From the NCBI GenBank assembly GCA_964016885.1, contig OZ024750.1, forward strand, positions 31,186,001 to 31,250,000: 64,000 nucleotides of DNA. Direction: 5' to 3'. Shown here piece after piece: positions 41,901-55,900 of this stretch (the stretch's first letter is position 1; each line of letters starts with the position of its first letter). The translations under genes were made by a program, and so were the position numbers. The notes beneath the pieces are model-generated. The model did not search any database and had not been told where the DNA came from. It saw nothing but the letters and a program-made list of their open reading frames with translations. The stretch comes from Eledone cirrhosa. Its lineage: Eukaryota.

Positions 41901-43999
41901 ACATAACATGTAGAAACCTCTCCCAGAAGAGATAAACCTAGTGTACACTAACATAACATGTACAGACCTCTCCCAGAAGAGATAGACCTAGTGTACACTA
42001 ACATAACATGTAGAAACCTCTCCCAGAAGAGATAAACCTAGTGTACACTAACATAACATGTAGAAACCTCTCTCAGAAGAGATAAACCTAGTGTACACTA
42101 ACATAACATGTAGAAACCTCTCCCAGAAGAGATAGACCTAGTGTACACTAACATAACATGTAGAAACCTCTCTCAGAAGAGATAGACCTAGTGTACACTA
42201 ACATAACATGTAGAAACCTCTCTCAGAAGAGATAAACCTAGTGTACACTAACATAACATGTACAGACCTCTCCCAGAAGAGATAGACCTAGTGTACACTA
42301 ACATAACATGTACAGACCTCTCTCAGAAGGGATAGACCTAGTGTACACTAACATAACATGTAGAAACCTCTCCCAGAAGAGATAAACCTAGTGTACACTA
42401 ACATAACATGTACAGACCTCTCTCAGAAGAGATAGACCTAGTGTACACTAACATAACATGTAGAAACCTCTCCCAGAAGAGATAGACCTAGTGTACACTA
42501 ACATAACATGTAGAAACCTCTCTCAGAAGAGATAGACCTAGTGTACACTAACATAACATGTACAGACCTCTCTCAGAAGAGATAGACCTAGTGTACACTA
42601 AAATAAGATGTACAGACCACTCTCAGAAGAGATAGACCTAGTGTACACTAACATAACATGTAGAAACCTCTCCCAGAAGAGATAGACCTAGTGTACACTA
42701 ACATAAGATGTACAGACCTCTCCCAGAAGAGATAGACCTAGTGTACACTAACATAACATGTAGAAACCTCTCCCAGAATAGATAAACCTAGTGTACACTA
42801 ACATAACATGTAGAAACCTCTCCCAGAAGAGACAAACCTAGTGTACACTAACATAACATGTACAGATCTCTCTCAGAAGAGATAAACCTAGTGTACACTA
42901 AAATAAGATGTACAGACCTCTCTGAGAAGAAATAGACCTAGTGTACACTAACATAACATGTACAGACCTCTCTCAGAAGAGATAGACCTAGTGTACACTA
43001 ACATAACATGTAGAAACCTCTCTCAGAAGAGATAGACCTAGTGTACACTAACATAACATGTACAGACCTCTCTCAGAAGAGATAAACCTAGTGTACACTA
43101 ACATAACATGTACAGACCTCTCCCAGAAGAGATAGACCTAGTGTACACTAACATAACATGTAGAAACCTCTCTCAGAAGAGATAGACCTAGTGTACACTA
43201 ACATAACATGTAGAAACCTCTCTCAGAAGAGATAAACCTAGTGTACACTAACATAACATGTACTGACCTCTCTCAAAAGCGATAGACCTAGTGTACACTA
43301 ACATAACATGTACAGACCTCTCTCAGAAGAGATAGACCTAGTGTACACTAACATAACATGTACAGACCTCTCTCAGAAGAGATAGACCTAGTGTACACTA
43401 ACATGACATGTACAGACCTCTCCCAGAAGAGATAGACCTAGTGTACACTAACATAACATGTAGAAACCTCTCTCAGAAGAGATAGACCTAGTGTACACTA
43501 ACATAACATGTACAGACCTCTCTCAGAAGAGGTAGACCTAGTGTACACTATCATAACATGTACAGACCTCTCTCAGAAGAGATAGACCTAGTGTACAGTA
43601 ACATAACATGTACAGACCTCTCTCAGAAGAGATAGACCTAGTGTACACTAACATAACATGTAGAAACCTCTCCCAGAAGAGATAGACCTAGTGTACACTA
43701 ACATTTACATGTACAGACCTCTCTCAGAAGAGATAGACCTAGTGTACACTAACATAACATGTACCGACCTCTCTCAGAAGAGATAGACCTAGTGTACACT
43801 AACATAACATGTAGAAACCTCTCCCAGAAGAGATAGACCTAGTGTACACTAACATAACATGTACAGACCTCTCTCAGAAGAGATAGACCTAGTGTACACT
43901 AACATAACATGTACAGACATCTCTCAGAAGAGATAGACCTAGTGTACACTAACATAACATGTAGAAACCTCTCTCAGAAGAGATAGACCTAGTGCACAC

Positions 44000-46900
44000 T
44001 AACATAACATGTAGAAACCTCTCTCAGAAGAGATAGACCTAGTGTACACTAACATAACATGTAGAAACCTCTCTCAGAAGAGATAGACCTAGTGTACACT
44101 AACATAACATGTAGAAACCTCTCTCAGAAGAGATAGACCTAGTGTACAGTAACATAACATGTACAGACCTCTCCCAGAAGAGATAGACCTAGTGTACACT
44201 AAGATAACATGTAGAAACCTCTCTCAGAAGAGATAGACTTAGTGTACACTAACATAACATGTACAGACCTCTCTCAGAAGAGATAAACCTAGTGTACACT
44301 AACATAACATGTACACACCTCTCCCAGAAGAGATAGACCTAGTGTACACTAACATAAGATGTACAGACCTCTCTCAGAAGAGATAGACCTAGTGTACACT
44401 AACATAACATGTAGAACCTCTCTCAGAAGAGATAGACCTAGTGTACACTAACATAACATGTACAGACCTCTCTCAGAAGAGATAGACCTAGTGTACACTA
44501 ACATAACATGTAGAAACCTCTCTCAGAAGAGATAGACCTAGTGTACACCAAAATAACATGTACAGACCTCTCTCAGAAGAGATAGACCTAGTGTACACTA
44601 ACATAACATGTAGAAACCTCTCCCAGAAGAGATAGACCTAGTGTACACTAACATAACATGTAGAAACCTCTCCCAGAAGAGATAGACCTAGTGTACACTA
44701 ACATAACATGTACAGACCTCTCTCAGAAGAGATAGACCTAGTGTACACTAACATAACATGTACAGACCTCTCTCAGAAGAGATAGACCTAGTGTACACTA
44801 ACATAACATGTAGAAACCTCTCTCAGAAGAGATAGACCTAGTGTACACTAACATAACATGTAGAAACCTCTCGCAGAAGAGATAGACCTAGTGTACACTA
44901 ATATAACATGTAGAAACCTCTCTCAGAAGAGATAGACCTAGTGTACACTAACATAAAATGTAGAAACCTCTCCCAGAAGAGATAGACCTAGTGTACACTA
45001 ACATAAGATGTACAGACCTCTCTCAGAAGAGATAGACCTAGTGTACACTAACATAACATGTAGAAACCTCTCTCAGAAGAGATAGACCTAGTGTACACTA
45101 ACATAACATGTACAGACCTCTCTCAGAAGAGATAGACCTAGTGTACACTAACATAACATGTAGAAACCTCTCTCAGAAGAGATAGACCTAGTGTACACTA
45201 ACATAACATGTAGAAACCTCTCTCAGAAGAGATAGACCTAGTGTACAGTAACATAACATGTACAGACCTCTCCCAGAAGAGATAGACCTAGTATACACTA
45301 ACATAATATGTAGAAACCTCTCTCAGAAGAGATAGACCTAGTGTACACTAACATAACATGTAGAAACCTCTCCCAGAAGGGATAACCTAGTGTACACTAA
45401 CATAACATGTAGAAACCTCTCTCAGAAGAGATAAACCTAGTGTACACTAACATAACATGTACAGACCTCTCTCAGAAGAGATAGACCTAGTGTACAGTAA
45501 CATAACATGTACAGACCTCTCTCAGAAGAGATAGACCTAGTGTACACTAACATAACATGTACAGACCTCTCTCAGAAGAGATAGACCTAGTGTACACTAA
45601 CATAACATGTAGAAACCTCTCCCAGAAGAGATAGACCTAGTGTACACTAACATAAGATGTACAGACCTCTCTCAGGAGAGATAGACCTAGTGTACACTAA
45701 CATAACATGTAAAAACCTCTCTCAGAAGAGATAGACCTAGTGTACACTAACATAACATGTACAGACCTCTCTCAGAAGAGATATACCTAGTGTACACTAA
45801 CATAACATGTAGAAACCTCTCTCAGAAGAGATAGACCTAGTGTACACTAACATAACATGTACAGACCTCTCTCAGAAGAGATATACCTAGTGTACACTAA
45901 CATAACATGTAGAAACCTCTCCCAGAAGAGATAGACCTAGTGTACACTAACATAACATGTACAGACCTCTCTCAGAAGAGATAGACCTAGTGTACACTAA
46001 CATAACATGTACAGACCTCTCTCAGAAGAGATAGACCTAGTGTACACTAACATAACATGTAGAAACCTCTCTCAGAAGAGATAGACCTAGTGTACACTAA
46101 CATAACATGTAGAAACCTCTCTCAGAAGAGATAGACCTAGTGTACACTAACATAACATGTAGAAACCTCTCTCAGAAGAGATAGACCTAGTGTACACTAA
46201 CATAACATGTAGAAACCTCTCTCAGAAGAGATAGACCTAGTGTACAGTAACATAACATGTACAGACCTCTCCCAGAAGAGATAGACCTAGTGTACACTAA
46301 GATAACATGTAGAAACCTCTCTCAGAAGAGATAGACCTAGTGTACACTAACATAACATGTACAGACCTCTCTCAGAAGAGATAAACCTAGTGTACACTAA
46401 CATAACATGTACAGACCTCTCCCAGAAGAGATAGACCTAGTGTACACTAACATAAGATGTACAGACCTCTCTCAGAAGAGATAGACCTAGTGTACACTAA
46501 CATAACATGTAGAACCTCTCTCAGAAGAGATAGACCTAGTGTACACTAACATAACATGTACAGACCTCTCTCAGAAGAGATAGACCTAGTGTACACTAAC
46601 ATAACATGTAGAAACCTCTCTCAGAAGAGATAGACCTAGTGTACACTAAAATAACATGTACAGACCTCTCTCAGAAGAGATAGACCTAGTGTACACTAAC
46701 ATAACATGTAGAAACCTCTCCCAGAAGAGATAGACCTAGTGTACACTAACATAACATGTAGAAACCTCTCCCAGAAGAGATAGACCTAGTGTACACTAAC
46801 ATAACATGTACAGACCTCTCTCAGAAGAGATAGACCTAGTGTACACTAACATAACATGTACAGACCTCTCTCAGAAGAGATAGACCTAGTGTACACTAAC

Positions 46901-49900
46901 ATAACATGTAGAAACCTCTCTCAGAAGAGATAGACCTAGTGTACACTAACATAACATGTAGAAACCTCTCTCAGAAGAGATAGACCTAGTGTACACTAAT
47001 ATAACATGTAGAAACCTCTCTCAGAAGAGATAGACCTAGTGTACACTAACATAACATGTAGAAACCTCTCCCAGAAGAGATAGACCTAGTGTACACTAAC
47101 ATAAGATGTACAGACCTCTCTCAGAAGAGATAGACCTAGTGTACACTAACATAACATGTAGAAACCTCTCTCAGAAGAGATAGACCTAGTGTACACTAAC
47201 ATAACATGTACAGACCTCTCTCAGAAGAGATAGACCTAGTGTACACTAACATAACATGTAGAAACCTCTCTCAGAAGAGATAGACCTAGTGTACACTAAC
47301 ATAACATGTAGAAACCTCTCTCAGAAGAGATAGACCTAGTGTACAGTAACATAACATGTACAGACCTCTCCCAGAAGAGATAGACCTAGTATACACTAAC
47401 ATAATATGTAGAAACCTCTCTCAGAAGAGATAGACCTAGTGTACACTAACATAACATGTAGAAACCTCTCCCAGAAGGGATAACCTAGTGTACACTAACA
47501 TAACATGTAGAAACCTCTCTCAGAAGAGATAAACCTAGTGTACACTAACATAACATGTACAGACCTCTCTCAGAAGAGATAGACCTAGTGTACAGTAACA
47601 TAATATGTACAGACCTCTCTCAGAAGAGATAGACCTAGTGTACACTAACATAACATGTACAGACCTCTCTCAGAAGAGATAGACCTAGTGTACACTAACA
47701 TAACATGTAGAAACCTCTCCCAGAAGAGATAGACCTAGTGTACACTAACATAAGATGTACAGACCTCTCTCAGGAGAGATAGACCTAGTGTACACTAACA
47801 TAACATGTAGAAACCTCTCTCAGAAGAGATAGACCTAGTGTACACTAATATAACATGTAGAAACCTCTCTCAGAAGAGATAGACCTAGTGTACACTAACA
47901 TAAGATGTACAGACCTCTCTCAGAAGAGATAGACCTAGTGTACACTAACATAACATGTAAAAACCTCTCTCAGAAGAGATAGACCTAGTGTACACTAACA
48001 TAACATGTACAGACCTCTCTCAGAAGAGATATACCTAGTGTACACTAACATAACATGTAGAAACCTCTCTCAGAAGAGATATACCTAGTGTACACTAACA
48101 TAACATGTAGAAACCTCTCTCAGAAGAGATAGACCTAGTGTACACTAACATAACATGTAGAAACCTCTCCCAGAAGAGATAGACCTAGTGTACACTAACA
48201 TAAGATGTACAGACCTCTCTCAGGAGAGATAGACCTAGTGTACACTAACATAACATGTAGAAACCTCTCTCAGAAGAGATAGACCTAGTGTACACTAATA
48301 TAACTGTAGAAACCTCTCTCAGAAGAGATAGACCTAGTGTACACTAACATAAGATGTACAGACCTCTCTCAGAAGAGATAGACCTAGTGTACACTAACAT
48401 AACATGTAAAAACCTCTCTCAGAAGAGATAGACCTAGTGTACACTAACATAACATGTACAGACCTCTCTCAGAAGAGATATACCTAGTGTACACTAACAT
48501 AACATGTAGAAACCTCTCTCAGAAGAGATAGACCTAGTGTACACTAACATAACATGTACAGACCTCTCTCAGAAGAGATATACCTAGTGTACACTAACAT
48601 AACATGTAGAAACCTCTCCCAGAAGAGATAGACCTAGTGTACACTAACATAACATGTACAGACCTCTCTCAGAAGAGATAGACCTAGTGTACACTAACAT
48701 AACATGTACAGACCTCTCTCAGAAGAGATAGACCTAGTGTACACTAACATAACATGTAGAAACCTCTCTCAGAAGAGATAGACCTAGTGTACACTAACAT
48801 AACATGTAGAAACCTCTCTCAGAAGAGATAGACCTAGTGTACACTAACATAACATGTAGAAACCTCTCTCAGAAGAGATAGACCTAGTGTACACTAACAT
48901 AACATGTAGAAACCTCTCTCAGAAGAGATAGACCTAGTGTACAGTAACATAACATGTACAGACCTCTGCCAGAAGAGATAGACCTAGTGTACACTAAGAT
49001 AACATGTAGAAACCTCTCTCAGAAGAGATAGACCTAGTGTACACTAACATAACATGTACAGACCTCTCTCAGAAGAGATAAACCTAGTGTACACTAACAT
49101 AACATGTACAGACCTCTCCCAGAAGAGATAGACCTAGTGTACACTAACATAAGATGTACAGACCTCTCTCAGAAGAGATAGACCTAGTGTACACTAACAT
49201 AACATGTAGAACCTCTCTCAGAAGAGATAGACCTAGTGTACACTAACATAACATGTACAGACCTCTCTCAGAAGAGATAGACCTAGTGTACACTAACATA
49301 ACATGTAGAAACCTCTCTCAGAAGAGATAGACCTAGTGTACACTAAAATAACATGTACAGACCTCTCTCAGAAGAGATAGACCTAGTGTACACTAACATA
49401 ACATGTAGAAACCTCTCCCAGAAGAGATAGACCTAGTGTACACTAACATAACATGTAGAAACCTCTCCCAGAAGAGATAGACCAGGTGTACACTAACATA
49501 ACATGTACAGACCTCTCTCAGAAGAGATAGACCTAGTGTACACTAACATAACATGTACAGACCTCTCTCAGAAGAGATAGACCTAGTGTACACTAACATA
49601 ACATGTAGAAACCTCTCTCAGAAGAGATAGACCTAGTGTACACTAACATAACATGTAGAAACCTCTCTCAGAAGAGATAGACCTAGTGTACACTAATATA
49701 ACATGTAGAAACCTCTCTCAGAAGAGATAGACCTAGTGTACACTAACATAACATGTAGAAACCTATCCCAGAAGAGATAGACCTAGTGTACACTAACATA
49801 AGATGTACAGACCTCTCTCAGAAGAGATAGACCTAGTGTACACTAACATAACATGTAGAAACCTCTCTCAGAAGAGATAGACCTAGTGTACACTAACATA

Positions 49901-52900
49901 ACATGTACAGACCTCTCTCAGAAGAGATAGACCTAGTGTACACTAACATAACATGTAGAAACCTCTCTCAGAAGAGATAGACCTAGTGTACACTAACATA
50001 ACATGTAGAAACCTCTCTCAGAAGAGATAGACCTAGTGTACAGTAACATAACATGTACAGACCTCTCCCAGAAGAGATAGACCTAGTATACACTAACATA
50101 ATATGTAGAAACCTCTCTCAGAAGAGATAGACCTAGTGTACACTAACATAACATGTAGAAACCTCTCCCAGAAGGGATAACCTAGTGTACACTAACATAA
50201 CATGTAGAAACCTCTCTCAGAAGAGATAAACCTAGTGTACACTAACATAACATGTACAGACCTCTCTCAGAAGAGATAGACCTAGTGTACAGTAACATAA
50301 CATGTACAGACCTCTCTCAGAAGAGATAGACCTAGTGTACACTAACATAACATGTACAGACCTCTCTCAGAAGAGATAGACCTAGTGTACACTAACATAA
50401 CATGTAGAAACCTCTCCCAGAAGAGATAGACCTAGTGTACACTAACATAAGATGTACAGACCTCTCTCAGGAGAGATAGACCTAGTGTACACTAACATAA
50501 CATGTAGAAACCTCTCTCAGAAGAGATAGACCTAGTGTACACTAATATAACATGTAGAAACCTCTCTCAGAAGAGATAGACCTAGTGTACACTAACATAA
50601 GATGTACAGACCTCTCTCAGAAGAGATAGACCTAGTGTACACTAACATAACATGTAAAAACCTCTCTCAGAAGAGATAGACCTAGTGTACACTAATATAA
50701 CATGTACAGACCTCTCTCAGAAGAGATATACCTAGTGTACACTAACATAACATGTAGAAACCTCTCTCAGAAGAGATATACCGAGTGTACACTAACATAA
50801 CATGTAGAAACCTCTCTCAGAAGAGATAGACCTTGTGTACACTAACATAACATGTAGAAACCTCTCTCAGAAGAGATAGACCTAGTGTACAGTAACATAA
50901 CATGTACAGACCTCTCCCAGAAGAGATAGACCTAGTGTACACTAACATAACATGTAGAAACCTCTCTCAGAAGAGATAGACCTAGTGTACACTAACATAA
51001 CATGTAGAAACCTCTCTTAGAAGAGATAAACCTAGTGTACACTAACATAACATGTACAGACCTCTCTCAGAAGAGATAGAGCTAGTGTACACTAACATAA
51101 CATGTAGAAACCTCTCTCAGAAGAGATAAACCTAGTGTACACTAACATAACATGTACAGACCTCTCTCAGAAGAGATAGACCTAGTGTACACTAACATAA
51201 CATGTACAGACCTCTCTCAGAAGAGATAGACCTTGTGTACACTAACATAACATGTACAGACCTCTCCCAGAAGAGATAGACCTAGTGTACACTAACATAA
51301 CATGTACAGACCTCTCTCAGAAGAGATAGACCTAGTGTATACTATCATAACATGTAGAAACCTCTCTCAGAAGAGATAGACCTAGTGTACAGTAACATAA
51401 CATGTACAGACCTCTCCCAGAAGAGATAGACCTAGTGTACACTAACATAACATGTAGAAACCTCTCTCAGAAGAGATAGACCTAGTGTACACTAACATAA
51501 CATGTAGAAACCTCTCTTAGAAGAGATAAACCTAGTGTACACTAACATAACATGTAAAAACCTCTCTCAGAAGAGATAGACCTAGTGTACACTAACATAA
51601 CATGTACAGACCTCTCTCAGAAGAGATATACCTAGTGTACACTAACATAACATGTAGAAACCTCTCTCAGAAGAGATAGACCTAGTGTACACTAACATAA
51701 CATGTACAGACCTCTCTCAGAAGAGATATACCTAGTGTACACTAACATAACATGTAGAAACCTCTCCCAGAAGAGATAGACCTAGTGTACACTAACATAA
51801 CATGTACAGACCTCTCTCAGAAGAGATAGACCTAGTGTACACTAACATAACATGTACAGACCTCTCTCAGAAGAGATAGACCTAGTGTACACTAACATAA
51901 CATGTAGAAACCTCTCTCAGAAGAGATAGACCTAGTGTACACTAACATAACATGTAGAAACCTCTCTCAGAAGAGATAGACCTAGTGTACACTAACATAA
52001 CATGTAGAAACCTCTCTCAGAAGAGATAGACCTAGTGTACACTAACATAACATGTAGAAACCTCTCTCAGAAGAGATAGACCTAGTGTACAGTAACATAA
52101 CATGTACAGACCTCTCCCAGAAGAGATAGACCTAGTGTACACTAAGATAACATGTAGAAACCTCTCTCAGAAGAGATAGACCTAGTGTACACTAACATAA
52201 CATGTACAGACCTCTCTCAGAAGAGATAAACCTAGTGTACACTAACATAACATGTACAGACCTCTCCCAGAAGAGATAGACCTAGTGTACACTAACATAA
52301 GATGTACAGACCTCTCTCAGAAGAGATAGACCTAGTGTACACTAACATAACATGTAGAACCTCTCTCAGAAGAGATAGACCTAGTGTACAGTAACATAAC
52401 ATGTACAGACCTCTGCCAGAAGAGATAGACCTAGTGTACACTAAGATAACATGTAGAAACCTCTCTCAGAAGAGATAGACCTAGTGTACACTAACATAAC
52501 ATGTACAGACCTCTCTCAGAAGAGATAAACCTAGTGTACACTAACATAACATGTACAGACCTCTCCCAGAAGAGATAGACCTAGTGTACACTAACATAAG
52601 ATGTACAGACCTCTCTCAGAAGAGATAGACCTAGTGTACACTAACATAACATGTAGAACCTCTCTCAGAAGAGATAGACCTAGTGTACACTAACATAACA
52701 TGTACAGACCTCTCTCAGAAGAGATAGACCTAGTGTACACTAACATAACATGTAGAAACCTCTCTCAGAAGAGATAGACCTAGTGTACACTAAAATAACA
52801 TGTACAGACCTCTCTCAGAAGAGATAGACCTAGTGTACACTAACATAACATGTAGAAACCTCTCCCAGAAGAGATAGACCTAGTGTACACTAACATAACA

Positions 52901-55900
52901 TGTAGAAACCTCTCCCAGAAGAGATAGACCAGGTGTACACTAACATAACATGTACAGACCTCTCTCAGAAGAGATAGACCTAGTGTACACTAACATAACA
53001 TGTACAGACCTCTCTCAGAAGAGATAGACCTAGTGTACACTAACATAACATGTAGAAACCTCTCTCAGAAGAGATAGACCTAGTGTACACTAACATAACA
53101 TGTAGAAACCTCTCTCAGAAGAGATAGACCTAGTGTACACTAATATAACATGTAGAAACCTCTCTCAGAAGAGATAGACCTAGTGTACACTAACATAACA
53201 TGTAGAAACCTATCCCAGAAGAGATAGACCTAGTGTACACTAACATAAGATGTACAGACCTCTCTCAGAAGAGATAGACCTAGTGTACACTAACATAACA
53301 TGTAGAAACCTCTCTCAGAAGAGATAGACCTAGTGTACACTAACATAACATGTACAGACCTCTCTCAGAAGAGATAGACCTAGTGTACACTAACATAACA
53401 TGTAGAAACCTCTCTCAGAAGAGATAGACCTAGTGTACACTAACATAACATGTAGAAACCTCTCTCAGAAGAGATAGACCTAGTGTACAGTAACATAACA
53501 TGTACAGACCTCTCCCAGAAGAGATAGACCTAGTATACACTAACATAATATGTAGAAACCTCTCTCAGAAGAGATAGACCTAGTGTACACTAACATAACA
53601 TGTAGAAACCTCTCCCAGAAGGGATAACCTAGTGTACACTAACATAACATGTAGAAACCTCTCTCAGAAGAGATAAACCTAGTGTACACTAACATAACAT
53701 GTACAGACCTCTCTCAGAAGAGATAGACCTAGTGTACAGTAACATAACATGTACAGACCTCTCTCAGAAGAGATAGACCTAGTGTACACTAACATAACAT
53801 GTACAGACCTCTCTCAGAAGAGATAGACCTAGTGTACACTAACATAACATGTAGAAACCTCTCCCAGAAGAGATAGACCTAGTGTACACTAACATAAGAT
53901 GTACAGACCTCTCTCAGGAGAGATAGACCTAGTGTACACTAACATAACATGTAGAAACCTCTCTCAGAAGAGATAGACCTAGTGTACACTAATATAACAT
54001 GTAGAAACCTCTCTCAGAAGAGATAGACCTAGTGTACACTAACATAAGATGTACAGACCTCTCTCAGAAGAGATAGACCTAGTGTACACTAACATAACAT
54101 GTAAAAACCTCTCTCAGAAGAGATAGACCTAGTGTACACTAATATAACATGTACAGACCTCTCTCAGAAGAGATATACCTAGTGTACACTAACATAACAT
54201 GTAGAAACCTCTCTCAGAAGAGATATACCGAGTGTACACTAACATAACATGTAGAAACCTCTCTCAGAAGAGATAGACCTTGTGTACACTAACATAACAT
54301 GTAGAAACCTCTCTCAGAAGAGATAGACCTAGTGTACAGTAACATAACATGTACAGACCTCTCCCAGAAGAGATAGACCTAGTGTACACTAACATAACAT
54401 GTAGAAACCTCTCTCAGAAGAGATAGACCTAGTGTACACTAACATAACATGTAGAAACCTCTCTTAGAAGAGATAAACCTAGTGTACACTAACATAACAT
54501 GTACAGACCTCTCTCAGAAGAGATAGAGCTAGTGTACACTAACATAACATGTAGAAACCTCTCTCAGAAGAGATAAACCTAGTGTACACTAACATAACAT
54601 GTACAGACCTCTCTCAGAAGAGATAGACCTAGTGTACACTAACATAACATGTACAGACCTCTCTCAGAAGAGATAGACCTTGTGTACACTAACATAACAT
54701 GTACAGACCTCTCCCAGAAGAGATAGACCTAGTGTACACTAACATAACATGTACAGACCTCTCTCAGAAGAGATAGACCTAGTGTATACTATCATAACAT
54801 GTAGAAACCTCTCTCAGAAGAGATAGACCTAGTGTACAGTAACATAACATGTACAGACCTCTCCCAGAAGAGATAGACCTAGTGTACACTAACATAACAT
54901 GTAGAAACCTCTCTCAGAAGAGATAGACCTAGTGTACACTAACATAACATGTAGAAACCTCTCTTAGAAGAGATAAACCTAGTGTACACTAACATAACAT
55001 GTAAAAACCTCTCTCAGAAGAGATAGACCTAGTGTACACTAACATAACATGTACAGACCTCTCTCAGAAGAGATATACCTAGTGTACACTAACATAACAT
55101 GTAGAAACCTCTCTCAGAAGAGATAGACCTAGTGTACACTAACATAACATGTACAGACCTCTCTCAGAAGAGATATACCTAGTGTACACTAACATAACAT
55201 GTAGAAACCTCTCCCAGAAGAGATAGACCTAGTGTACACTAACATAACATGTACAGACCTCTCTCAGAAGAGATAGACCTAGTGTACACTAACATAACAT
55301 GTACAGACCTCTCTCAGAAGAGATAGACCTAGTGTACACTAACATAACATGTAGAAACCTCTCTCAGAAGAGATAGACCTAGTGTACACTAACATAACAT
55401 GTAGAAACCTCTCTCAGAAGAGATAGACCTAGTGTACACTAACATAACATGTAGAAACCTCTCTCAGAAGAGATAGACCTAGTGTACACTAACATAACAT
55501 GTAGAAACCTCTCTCAGAAGAGATAGACCTAGTGTACAGTAACATAACATGTACAGACCTCTCCCAGAAGAGATAGACCTAGTGTACACTAAGATAACAT
55601 GTAGAAACCTCTCTCAGAAGAGATAGACCTAGTGTACACTAACATAACATGTACAGACCTCTCTCAGAAGAGATAAACCTAGTGTACACTAACATAACAT
55701 GTACAGACCTCTCCCAGAAGAGATAGACCTAGTGTACACTAACATAAGATGTACAGACCTCTCTCAGAAGAGATAGACCTAGTGTACACTAACATAACAT
55801 GTAGAACCTCTCTCAGAAGAGATAGACCTAGTGTACACTAACATAACATGTACAGACCTCTCTCAGAAGAGATAGACCTAGTGTACACTAACATAACATG

